Positions 13,239 to 23,926 of a stretch of DNA of 64,000 nucleotides are shown here, piece by piece. Numbering within the stretch: the first letter of the stretch is position 1; each line of letters starts with the position of its first letter. Under the pieces are notes generated by a model. The model was not told the DNA's origin. It made no database searches and saw only the letters and a program-made list of their open reading frames with translations. The stretch is from Felis catus (taxonomy: Eukaryota). Position numbers and translations under genes: made by a program. The stretch spans positions 107,758,001 to 107,822,000 of the forward strand of contig NC_058373.1 in the NCBI RefSeq assembly GCF_018350175.1, read 5' to 3'.

Positions 13239-14654
13239 TCTTTCAGTGGTTCTTAGAGCTAGAGCCCTGCTCTCTGTAGGACAGGGTGGCAGAGTTGGCT
13301 CAAATGGTCCCCTTGACCTCTTCCCCGGAGCACTTGGGCCAGATGGGAGCTCCCGGGATGTTTGGAAGCTTGTTTTATAAGCCTTACCTAAAGCAAAGTG
13401 TCATTAGGATGATGTGCTGAATCCCTGCCCTGTTCTCTTGAAGTTTTGATGTTTCTAAGACAGGTCCTACCCCCCCGCCCCCAACCCTTCCCACTCCGGA
13501 CAGCCCATCGTTCTTACTTGTTTTCATAGTGTAGTGTGCCTTCCTTCACACGTGTGAAATTGTGGAGAACCTACTTAGGGAGCCCCAAACAGGGCTTTCA
13601 GTGGAGGGGGCTAGGAAGACCGACTGGCTCTTCAGACCGACTGGCTCAGAACAGCCAGACGGAATGTAATTTTCTTAAACATGGCCTAGGCTTTATGCAA
13701 GACAAACTGGTTGTGGCTGGCCCTCAGGAGCAAGCTTTGCGGTGGGGCAGAGCGGACAGAAAGGTTCTCCCAAGGGCCCAAAAATTACTGGAGCCACGGG
13801 TGGGAAGGAACAAAAGGCTGCCCACTCCAACACAGCAACAAACTGGAATGTTCCTCGGAGAGGCGGTTTCTTTGGCGCACACGTGCCAGGGGCAGTGTTC
13901 GGGTGTGAACATCTTCTGCCTTCGCTCTGCCGGGCAGACCGGGAACCACCCGGAGAGAAAGAGAAATCGCACATCTCATGTCTGTCTGTCTTCAGAACCG
14001 ACCTTTCCTGCTCTTTGTGCAACAAGGCACACCTCTCCAAGGAAGGAGGCGGACAGGATTTCCATCTTTACCGCCGCCCTATTAACAACAACAACAAAAA
14101 AACAACCGTGTAATTACTCTCTGCAGGAAAGGCGCACAAACAGGATGGGCCCGAGCTGAACCCGGGATGAGCCATCCCAGGAAAAGATCAGGAAAAGGAA
14201 CCTCCCCACCGTGCGCCCGCCTCTGCCCAGGGCCTCTCCCAGACTGCCAGGAAGGCTCGCCGGCCCAGCTCCTCGGGTGGTAAGGAGGTGCCGGCGACTC
14301 CTGGAGCGCAGGTTCCCTGTTCCTGCACCTCCTCCCCGCCTTCCAGCATTCCCTGGACTTGACCCCCGGGCCTCAGGTGTTGGCGCGCGCTAGGCCTCGA
14401 GCCCTTCCCTTTTTCGCCTGAACCTGGGGGAGCATCCAGCCCACAGGGCACGGCCAGACCCTGCGCGGCACGGAGCGCGCGCAGAGCGGGACCAGCGGGC
14501 CTGCGTGGGAGCTCCCCGGCTGCGTGCGCCCGGCAGCCGACCCACCGCCGGGTCCAGCCTGCTGTGCGCCACGCCCCCGGGGTTCGAAAGGCGCGGGAGC
14601 CGGCGCAGGGCTTCTGTGAACTTGGAGCCTGGCGGCGCGAGACTCCTGCCGGGG

Positions 14655-14708
14655 ATGCGGCGGCAGCTGCTTCCTGGTTTGAAGCTCGCCGAGGGGGGGA
14701 GAGCGTGA
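14655..14708 (+). CDS. Putative uORF1, 17 aa MRRQLLPGLKLAEGGRA
   Basis: ATG at 14655 (GGGATGC), TGA 14706-14708; only relevant if the TSS lies upstream of 14655. Confidence 0.5.
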   Translation: MRRQLLPGLKLAEGGRA

Positions 14709-14996
14709 GCCCGAGGAGGCGGGGGCAGGAGGAGAAGCAGGAGGAGGCGGGGGCAAGAGACGCTTGGGGCTGGAGCTAACCGGACGGGTCGCTCCGGCTC
14801 TCCAGGGAGAGGAGCTTCCCGGCCCTGGAGAAGGGGCGAATCCTGTGCGAGCCCCCGGGAAGCGCCTGGCGCTCAAGAGGGACGATCGGGCTACCCCGGC
14901 TCGCGGAGAGCTCGGTTGCGGGCTCCCCTCCTTTCCACCTCGCGAGGGAGGGGGCGAGGGAAGGAGGGGAGGGGAAGGTCCCGCGGAGGAGGCAGA

Positions 14997-15077
14997 ATGG
15001 CCAGTCGAGGGGGGCTTGGCCGCTGCTTTTCCCAGGAGCTGCCTCCACTCCTGCGGCTGCCGGGAGGGCTGGCCTGA
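14997..15077 (+). CDS. uORF2 of the PRKCH 5' leader, 26-aa micropeptide MASRGGLGRCFSQELPPLLRLPGGLA (uPEP2 orthologue)
   Basis: ATG 14997 (AGAATGG, A at -3 and G at +4) to TGA 15075-15077; 26 aa with MASRG start and GLA end, as recalled for human PRKCH uORF2; ends 67 nt before the main ATG. Confidence 0.85.
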   Translation: MASRGGLGRCFSQELPPLLRLPGGLA

Positions 15078-15144
15078 GCAGGGGCTCCAGGCTCTCCCGC
15101 TGCGAGCCAGCGCGGCCCCCCCGGGCCGGGGCAGCGGCGCGGGC

Positions 15145-15507
15145 ATGACGTCCGGCAACATGAAGTTCAATGGTTACTTGAGGGTCCGCATCGGCGAGGC
15201 TGTGGGGCTGCAGCCCACCCGCTGGTCCCTGCGCCACTCGCTTTTCAAGAAGGGCTACCAGCTGCTCGACCCCTACCTGACGGTGAGCGTAGACCAGGTG
15301 CGCGTGGGCCAGACCAGCACCAAACAGAAGACCAACAAACCCACGTACAATGAGGAGTTCTGCGCCAACGTCACGGACGGTGGCCACCTCGAACTGGCCG
15401 TCTTCCACGAGACGCCCCTGGGCTATGACCACTTCGTGGCCAACTGCACTCTGCAATTCCAGGAGCTGCTGCGCACCGCCGGCGCCTCGGACACCTTCGA
15501 GGGCTGG
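15145..15507 (+). CDS. PRKCH: Protein kinase C eta, coding exon 1 (121 codons, novel-PKC C2 domain)
   Basis: Translation MTSGNMKFNGYLRVRIGEAVGLQPTRWSLRHSLFKKGYQLLDPYLTVSVDQVRVGQTSTKQKTNKPTYNEEF...SDTFEGW matches the PKC-eta N-terminus; ends at canonical phase-0 donor TGG|GTGAGT (15508-15513); lies in a CpG island. Confidence 0.98.
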
Positions 15508-17027
15508 GTGAGTGACTGTGATCCCTCCCCGTTGTGTCCACTTGACTTCTTTCCTCCCTCCACTTTTCAAAACTCGCCCGGGTCCCGCTTTCCCAGCCTG
15601 TTGCCGAGCTCCGCGGCGGAGGAATTCCCTTCAGATTTGGTCCTCGCCCAGGTGGCCGCGGCACTGGTGACGCGACCGCGGTGGGTGTGTGAGGGCTCGT
15701 GTGTGTCTCCAGGAAGCCAGGCTGGACACGGTCCCCTTTGGGGATGGCAGCTTGGGCTAACGGGAAGTTAGGGTGGAGGCAGTCAGCCCCCCTCCTGCCC
15801 CCCCCACCCATGCTCAGACTTTGGGTAGGGCGCCCCAACTCTCCGCACATGGGTAATACTAAGGAAAGGCGAGAAGATGTGATATGAAAGTGACCTGATT
15901 TCGGCAAAGTACTTAAAGGGCTTCTGAAGAGAAAGCCATACATTCTCCCAAGTATTATTCATAATGTTTATGGATACGTGTTGGTTCAGCTGCTCAGACG
16001 TGCACACGTGTTTCGGCATGCAGATCCATTACATCCCATGGGTACATTACCTACACTGGCAGGGATCAGAGTTCCTGGGTCTGCACGTTGGCACAGCTTT
16101 ATTGTTTAGCAGTTTTCCAAGGAGAGGAGGTTTACATGTGTTCGCAAGTAACTTCAGCAGCCTGAGCGGTGCGGGTCTTACAGTGCGCCGTTTCTGCTCC
16201 TAGCCGTCTGGGAGCTTTGGGAACTCCTTAGCAGTTTGTGGACCACCCCCAGTTCTCCCCGCCTGACCTGCTGGTGTCTCTGTGTATTGACCAGTAATTA
16301 TCCACAACTTCCTGCTTGCCACTTCTTTTCACATGGTTCCCATGAGGCAGAGTTTCTGCTGCGAATGATTAAATTTCTGTTAGCTTTTGCGTCTTATTCC
16401 TCATACTGTCTTTGTGATACAGGTGTTCTTCCCACTTTTACATGATGAAGTGATAATTATACTGAAGTGGTCTGGCTTGGCAAAATAGAGTAAGCCGTTT
16501 GAAGACTCTCAGAAGTCTAATGGTTTAAGTTCTTCTGGAGGATGCGAGTTTTGAGCCCAGAATGTGAATCAGGATTGAAAACCTGTTCGAAATTAACGCG
16601 TGATAAGATCAGATGGGTAAAAATGAAGACTCATTTTAATATTTATTTATGCTTTGAGGAATTGGTAGTTTTACCATATATTCTGTAAAATTACAGATGG
16701 CTTGTAGAACTATCTCTTAAATAGGAGAAAACATAATGACTTTTTAACCATATCATTATATGGGGTTAATTTCTCTTCGCTGAACTTATTTTATGAAATT
16801 TAGAAGTGGATTGGAGAGGAATGGCTAAAATAAAGTTAGAGACTTGCATTTTATCCTTTGAATTGCTGGACAGACCCAGGTGAGCCTAGGAATCCAAATG
16901 GAATTACTGAATTAGTGCTTGATAGGAGTTAGGTTGGGAAAGCTCTAGAGGAACTGGGTTCTAAGTATGGTGGTGTAGACTGGCCAATGGCTGTTAGAAG
17001 CATGGCCTCCGCTAGAGAACCTAGACT

Positions 17028-17187
17028 AGTCCTTCTTATCCCTGGTCTGCACATTGACTCACATGGGGAACTATTGAAAATCCCCACTTTTAAATACTCT
17101 AAGAATCTCTGGCTGTGGGACCCCAGGGTCAGTACTTTCAGACTCCCAGGTGATTCCAATGGGCAGTTAAGGTTGAGAACCTGTGGC
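17028..17187. mobile_element. MER5A-family hAT MITE
   Basis: ctgcacattgactcacatgggga ... ctcccaggtgattccaatgggcag..ggttgagaacc. Confidence 0.75.
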
Positions 17188-18717
17188 TGAAATGAAGACC
17201 AACAGATTAGGACTGAAAGAAGCATATGGTAAGACAAGCCAGGTTACCTGACACGGTAGAGATGTACAGAACTGCTTATGGCCCCACTGGATGGACAAAG
17301 ATTTAAATGTAAATTAAATATCTATATCTATTATTGTCTGAATTAATTATATTGCGATGTTTAACACACTGGTGGTGTTTTTGAAAACATGAATGTTTGG
17401 TTGGATCTGTCAGGATTTAAAAGACCTTGAAACCAGGGATTTGTCATACATTTATATTCAATGGGGGGAGGGGCAGAGGATTTTTGTAAAAAGTTCTGGG
17501 TATTTTGAAACTGAGGATACGATAGATAGAATGGGAAGAGTGTTTCCTTACATTTTAAGAATCTTGTTAGGAAAATACTGGGAATGTATTGACGCTTGTT
17601 TTTTGAATGATCCTTTATAGATCTAAAGGTGGTTTTTAGGTTTAAAATTACAGAAATACTTATTTATCTTTAGTATATTAAATTGAAATGTGTAGTTTAT
17701 TCAGACATTTACAAGTAGATTATTTGGTTTTACTCTACAATAAATTCATGTGGTGCAATTGGATTACAAATCTCTGAACTTTAGAAAAAGGAAACCTAGT
17801 GACTTAATTTTTGCTAGTTCATGAGTAGAGACCCCAAAATAGAAAATACGTTTATCACTAGAATAAAACAAAAAAGTTATGCATTCTTGCTTAATGTACT
17901 TTCTAAGTATCAAGAAAATCAACAAGATTTATTTTTGGACCAATTTTGTCAATACTACCTTCTAAGCTTGATGAAAGAAGGGATTAGATTTCTTTTAAGG
18001 TGGTGTATTCCTAGTACCAAGCACAGTGCCTGACCTGACATGGATTAGGCAATCAAATATTTCATTTCTAATTAAATGAAAGATTATTTCACTTAATCTA
18101 CATAAAAACCCAAGGAGGTGGGTGGGATACAGTTAAAGAAGTTCTTAAACAGAAATTCACAGCATTAAACAGTTAAATTAGAAAAGATCTCAAAGACCTA
18201 AGTTTCCACCTGAAACTAAAAAAAAGAGCGAGTTGAACCAAAAGTAAGCAGAATGAAGGGAATGGTAAAGACAGAAGTCAGTGAAGTAGAAAAAAGAAAC
18301 AATAGAGAAAAATCAGTGAAACAAAGAGCTGGTTCTTTGGGGAGGGGGGGGGACAATAAAATTAATAAACCTCAAGCCAGAATGATCAAGAAAAAAGACA
18401 AAATTACCAATGTTAGGAAAGAGAGAACATCACTATAGATCCTACAGATGTTAAAAAAATAATAATATTATGAATAATGTTATGTTAATAATTCCATAAT
18501 TTAGATGACATAAATTTCTTGAAAGACACAGACTACCTGTGCTCATTCAAATAACTTGAATATTTTTATGTTTATTAAAGTCATTGAATTTGTTGTTAAA
18601 AACCTTCCACAATGCAGACTCAAGTTCTTAAAATGGATTTACTGGTAAATTCTGTTATATATTTAGGAAAGAAATAGTGCCAAGTCTACATATCCTATTT
18701 CAGAAAATAGAGAGGGA

Positions 18718-18930
18718 GGGGCACCTGGGGGGCTCAGTCGGTTAAGTGGGTGACTCTTGATTTTGGCTCCAGTTGTGATCTCACGGCTCGTGGGATCAAG
18801 CCCCGTGTGGGGCTCTGTGCTGATAGCGTGGAGTCTGCTTGGGCTTCTCTCTACCTCTCTCTCTGCCCCTCACCCATGCACACATGCTCTCTTTTTCTCT
18901 CAAAATAAATAACCATTAAAAAAAAAAATA
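18718..18930 (+). mobile_element. SINEC inserted in the L1
   Basis: ggggcacctgggggctcagtcgg head; imperfect TSD aaaatagaga. Confidence 0.93.
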
Positions 18931-21089
18931 GAGAAGGAAACACATCCCAACTCATTTCATGACCCTTATACCAAAACCTGATGAAACCATTATAAGAAAA
19001 TACAAGTATAGACCAACACCCCTCGTGAACATAGATATAAAAATTCTTAAGTTTTAGCAAATCAAATCCAACAATATAGCAAATGGGTAGTACATCATGA
19101 CCAAATGAGGTTGATAATCAGGACTGCAATTTAAAAATCAGTGCAATTCTTCATATTAACAGAATAGAAGAGGAAATTGGTGTGATCATTTTAATAAATA
19201 TAGAAAAAGTATTTGACAAAATTAAGGATCCATTTATGATAAAAACTCTCAACAAATTAGTAATAGAATGGAACTTACTAGGCCTGCTGAAGGACATCTG
19301 TGAAAAACCTATAGGTAACATCTTAATGGTGAAAGAAGGAATGATATGCCCCTAAGATCAGAAATGGCAAGGATGACTATTCTTATTTCTGTTCAACAGT
19401 ATGTTGGAGGTCCCATTCAGTGCATTAGGCAATTTTAAAAAATAAAATACATAAAGGTCACAAAGGAAGAAGTAAAACTGTCTTTATTTGCAGACAGCAT
19501 TACTGAGTAAATATAAGCTCCACTCACTGAAATCACACGGTGGTGAATGAATCTTTCAAATAATTCTTAAAAACCTCTTTTAAGAGGTATTCTTAAACAG
19601 TTCTGCACAAGTAACAGACTGGCCATGTGTTTTACTTCTGGATAACTGTTTGTAGAAAATTCTAAGATCTCTATAAAAGGGCTACTAGATCTAACAAGTG
19701 AGTGTAGCTGGGTGGCAGGATCTAAACCAATATACAAAAGTCAGTTGTACTTCTATATACAATTAGTGGGCAACTGAAAACTGAAATAGAAAAAATACAA
19801 TTTTTAAGAGCATCAGAGATAAATAAAATTGGGTAAATGTGATAAAGGATATGCAAAACTGAAAATGACAAAATATTGCTGAAATAAAGATCTAAATTAA
19901 TGGAGAAGGGGTACTGTGTTTATAAGTAGGAAGATTCACTATTGTTAAGACCCCAAATCTTCCCAAACTGTTCAATAGATTTATTGCAATCCTCGTCAAA
20001 ATCTCAGCAAGCTTTGTTGTAGAAGTTGACAGACCAATTTTAAAATTTATATGGATGTGCAAAAGACCTAGACTCACCTAAGAATAATTTTGAAAAAGAA
20101 CAAGTTGGAGGACTTATACCAACTGATTTGCAGACTTACTGTAAATGCTACCATAATCAAGATAATGTGTTATTGGAGTGAAGAGAGTCCAACAGGTCTG
20201 TGGGATGGAAGAAAGTCTAGAAATGGATCCATACATATATATTTGGTTGATTTTTTTTTTTTTGACAGAGATGTCAAGACTACTTAATGGGGAAATAATC
20301 TTTTCAGAAGTGGTACTTGAACAGTTGAATAGCGAAATGGAGAAATATGAGCGTTAATCTTTACCTGACACCACACACAAAAATTAACCCAAAATGGATC
20401 ATAGACCTCAACATAGGAGTTTAACTGTAAAACTTCTATAAGAACACAGAAGAAAATCATAGTGACATTGGGTTCAGCAAATATTTTTAAGATAGGGCAC
20501 AAAAAGCACCAACTATTAAAAAATTAAATCAGACTTTATAAAAATGAAGAATTATTGCCTTTCAAAAGACTTAAGAAAGTGAAAAAACAAGCCACAGATA
20601 GGGAGGAACTATTTTCAACATTAAATCAGAAGAAGGACTTGTAACGTGAACATATAAAAGAACTCCTATAACTCAATGAGAAAAATAGCTGATTTAAAAA
20701 TGGGGCAAAGATTTGTATAGGCACCTTCATGGAAAATAGCACATTAGAAGATACTCAAAGTCATTAGTCATTAGTCAAAATTAAAACCAAAACCCATTTG
20801 AAAGGCTCAAGTAAGAAGACCGACCGTACCAAGTGTTAATGAGGAAGTGGAGCAGCTAGAACTCCCCTACATGGCTGTGAGGAATATAAAATGGTTTAGT
20901 CACAATGGAAACCAGTTTGGCAGTTTCTTAAAGTGTTAAACATATGCCTACCATGTGGCCTAGCTAATCGTAAGTATTTACCAAGAGAAATGAAACCATT
21001 TATGCAAAGACTTATACGTGCATGTGCATAGCTGCTTAATTTTGTAATAAAACTGGAAACTATTCAAATGTCAACAGTTGAATTAAAAA

Positions 21090-21540
21090 CATTCTTTTAC
21101 TGAAGTATAGTCGACATACAATGTTATATAAGTTTCAGGTGTCGAACATAGTGATTTGACAATTCTGTACATAATGCAGCGCTCGCCATGGTAAGTGTAG
21201 CTATCATCTATCACCACACGATGTTATTACAGTGTTATTATATTCCTTATGCTGTACTTTTCATCCCCATAACTTACTTATTTTATAACTGGAAGTTTGC
21301 ACCCCTAAATCCCCTTCACCTATTTTGCCCATCCCTGCAGCCCTTTCCCTCTGGTAACCACCAGTTCTCTATATTTATTAATGTTTTGTTTGCTTGTTGT
21401 TTTGTCTTTAGATTGCACATACAAGTGAAATCATCTGGCATTTATCTTTCTTTGACTTATTTCACTTAGCATAATATCCTCTAGGTCCATCCATGTTATT
21501 GCGAATGGCAAGATTTCATTCTTTATGGCTGAGCAATATC

Positions 21541-21583
<43 letters not shown>

Positions 21584-21972
21584 CACACCACATCTTCCCT
21601 ACCAATGGATGCTTAGGTTGCTTCCATATCTTGGCTATTGTGTACAATACTGCAGCGAACATGGTGATGCCTGTAATTTTTTGTGTTTTCATTTTTTGGG
21701 GGTAAATAGTAGTAGAATTACTGGATTCTACGCTATTTCTATTTTTCATTCTTTAAGGAACCACCATACGGTTTTCCAGAGTAGCTGCAGCAACTTATAT
21801 TGCCATCACCAGTGTATTGAGGGTTTCCTTTTCTCTACATCCTTGTCAACACTTGTTATCTCTTGTCTTTTTGATAATAGACATTCTGACTAGTGTGAGA
21901 TATCTCATTGTGGTTTTGATTTAGATTTCTCTCATGATTAGTGATGTTGAGCATCTTTTCATGTGTCTGTTG
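21090..21972 (-). mobile_element. Younger L1 3' end nested antisense in the older L1; contains (GT)n at 21543-21580
   Basis: Typical antisense L1 3' UTR/ORF2 end (ctaggtccatccatgtt, tctcattgtggttttgattt, gatgttgagcatcttttcatgtg); host L1 resumes at 21973. Confidence 0.88.
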
Positions 21973-23339
21973 AACAGGTGAGTGACTAATGAATTGTGTA
22001 CCCATACAATGGAATACTAGTGAGTAATAAAAAGTGATGAACTATTCATATAGGCAACAATATGAATGAATCTCAACATAATTTACGTTGAGTGAAAGAT
22101 TCCAGACAAAAAGGGGTATATACTGTATGATTTCATTTATGCAGAATTCTAGAAAATGAAAACCAGTTTGTAGTGATAGGAGGCAGATCAGTGGTTGCTT
22201 GCGAATGGGGGAGGGAGGTATGGGAGGGATGGGCTACAAACACACAAGGAAAATTTTGAGGGAGATGAATGTATTTATTATTTTGATTGTGGTGATGGTT
22301 TCATAGTTATATCTGCTTGTGTCCAAGCTCATCAAATGGTTCACTTTCAAGGATGTACATATTATTGTATGACAGTTATACTTCAGTAAAGCTGTAGGGG
22401 AAAAAACAATGAGGATTTTACCAAAGATGTTGAATAAGTGACCGAATGAGGTTTGAGCCAAGGCTGACTCTTGAAAACTACATTGCCTCTTCAGTGCAGA
22501 AAATATTTATCAGAGTTAAGCGCATACCAAATTCATTAAATACAGTTTCTGATTTTTTGGACGTAGTCTCATTTTCTAATTCACTGTCCGTTTCCTTTTC
22601 TGGTTCTTCTAGAACTGGCTGGTTTTGCACAATTTCTTGGATTTCTGAAAACTGAAAGTTTGTCTCCATTAAAACTTTATTTCCGTCTTTCGTGTATTTT
22701 CTCTTCATTTGCTGACTGTCCAAATGGGTACCAGCAGCTAATACTTATTTCAGAACATGGGGAAATGGGGGGAGGCAGGAGGAGCTGGAGGCTGCGTCAT
22801 GGAAAGACCTTGGCATCCCCTCAGGAAGGAAGGACCTGCTTGGCGGGATCTCAGGCTGTTTTCCTCCTTCACCCCTCCTGAAGACATTATGTTCCCTGCA
22901 GCACTGGAAGGCTGCTTTTCTCTGAACTTCTCTCAGTGAGATACCTTTTGGTAGTCCTGTCAGGCGAAGCAGCTAGGTTACCACTGGACAATTAGTGCTT
23001 ACCTTTTCTCCTGATTTCTGGATCCAGGTATATGAATTGATAGCACGTAAATTCTTGCAGATTTCTTGCCTAGCGGTTCACTCTCTTTTGTACTTTGCAG
23101 GGCAACTATTTATTCTAACAGTTATTTCTTTCTGAGCCAGATGGCCAGGAGTGTCCAACATTAACTCACAGGGGTGATGGGAAAACATATTTTAGCTTCT
23201 CTAGGGAGCTTTGTCCCAGTGTACACGAATTGTATTGGATATATCGTGTCTTCAGTTTCTTGGTAAGAATTTTGCTGCAGTGAAGCTGGCTGCTTCTCAT
23301 CACACAGGTTGTAGCTCAGAAGTCCCCCCCCCCACCCCA

Positions 23340-23560
23340 CAGAGAGCATTTTCATGACCACATTATTATCTTTTCATCCTTTATCGCACTGATCACTCTC
23401 TGAGATCGTTTTATTAATTTCCTTATTATACCTTCCTCCTTTAGAGTATAAACACCGTGAGAGCAGGAATTTCTCTTCTTTTATTCACTGTTCTAACCCA
23501 AGCATCTGGAGCCATGTTCCGTAGAGTAGGCACTAAACATTTCTCAAAAGAATAAATTGC
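23340..23560 (+). mobile_element. L2 3' end
   Basis: gagtataaacaccgtgagagcaggaa..ttcactg..agtaggcactaaacatt. Confidence 0.65.
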
Positions 23561-23705
23561 TTAAATGTGATTTTGGAGCAAGTCGAGTATATGTACTTTG
23601 GGAACATCTTTAAACAGTTGATTCATCTTTCAAAAAGAAATAAAATTGGGCAGTGACCAATTTTTACAATTATTACCGTGTCCCTTTTTAAAAATCAATT
23701 GATGA

Positions 23706-23926
23706 GGGCACCTGGATGGCGCAGTCGGTTAAGCGTCCGACTTCAGCCAGGTCACGATCTCGCGGTCCGTGAGTTCGAGCCCCGCATCAGGCTCTGGGCT
23801 GATGGCTCGGAGCCTGGAGCTTGTTTCTGATTCTGTGTCTCCCTCTCTCTCTGCCCCTCCCCCGTTCATGCTCTGTCTCTCTCCCAAAAATAAATAAAAA
23901 ACATTAAAAAAATGTTTTTAAAAAAT
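23706..23926 (+). mobile_element. Young SINEC_Fc-type with 16-bp TSD
   Basis: CpG-rich body; TSD AAAAATCAATTGATGA at 23690-23705 and 23927-23942. Confidence 0.96.

Larger units (their letters stand above)
14150..15720. promoter_or_regulatory. PRKCH: CpG island: PRKCH promoter, 5' UTR and exon 1
   Basis: Abrupt rise in GC content and CpG density relative to the flanks; GC-box-like CCCCGCC (~14334-14340) and ETS core CTTCCTG (~14670); no obvious TATA box. Confidence 0.93.
18110..22410 (+). mobile_element. Old L1 (ORF2 remnant plus 3' UTR), sense to PRKCH, with nested inserts
   Basis: A-rich degenerate ORF2 (INKP.AR.IKKK, ttatttgcagac = LFAD motif at ~19484-19495, SLFRSG.W..), 3' UTR ending ttatacttcagtaaagctg + A. 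Confidence 0.88.

Noticed and set aside
13536..14159. 207-aa ORF upstream of the promoter
   Set aside because: Non-AUG start, no recognisable homology, several overlapping ORFs in other frames.
14373..15570. Two ~265-aa antisense ORFs over the CpG island
   Set aside because: Pro/Ala/Gly/Arg-rich or shadow of the PRKCH codons; expected from GC-richness; no recognisable domain. An antisense non-coding transcript cannot be judged from sequence alone.
14764..15771. 335-aa ORF as a single-exon gene
   Set aside because: It is PRKCH exon 1 plus open leader and intron flanks; the canonical donor is at 15508.
18110..22410. Functional L1 ORF2
   Set aside because: Many stops, frameshifts and nested insertions.
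23706..23790. tRNA-like A/B boxes in SINE heads
   Set aside because: tRNA-derived SINE heads continuing into the CT tract and A tail; not tRNA genes.
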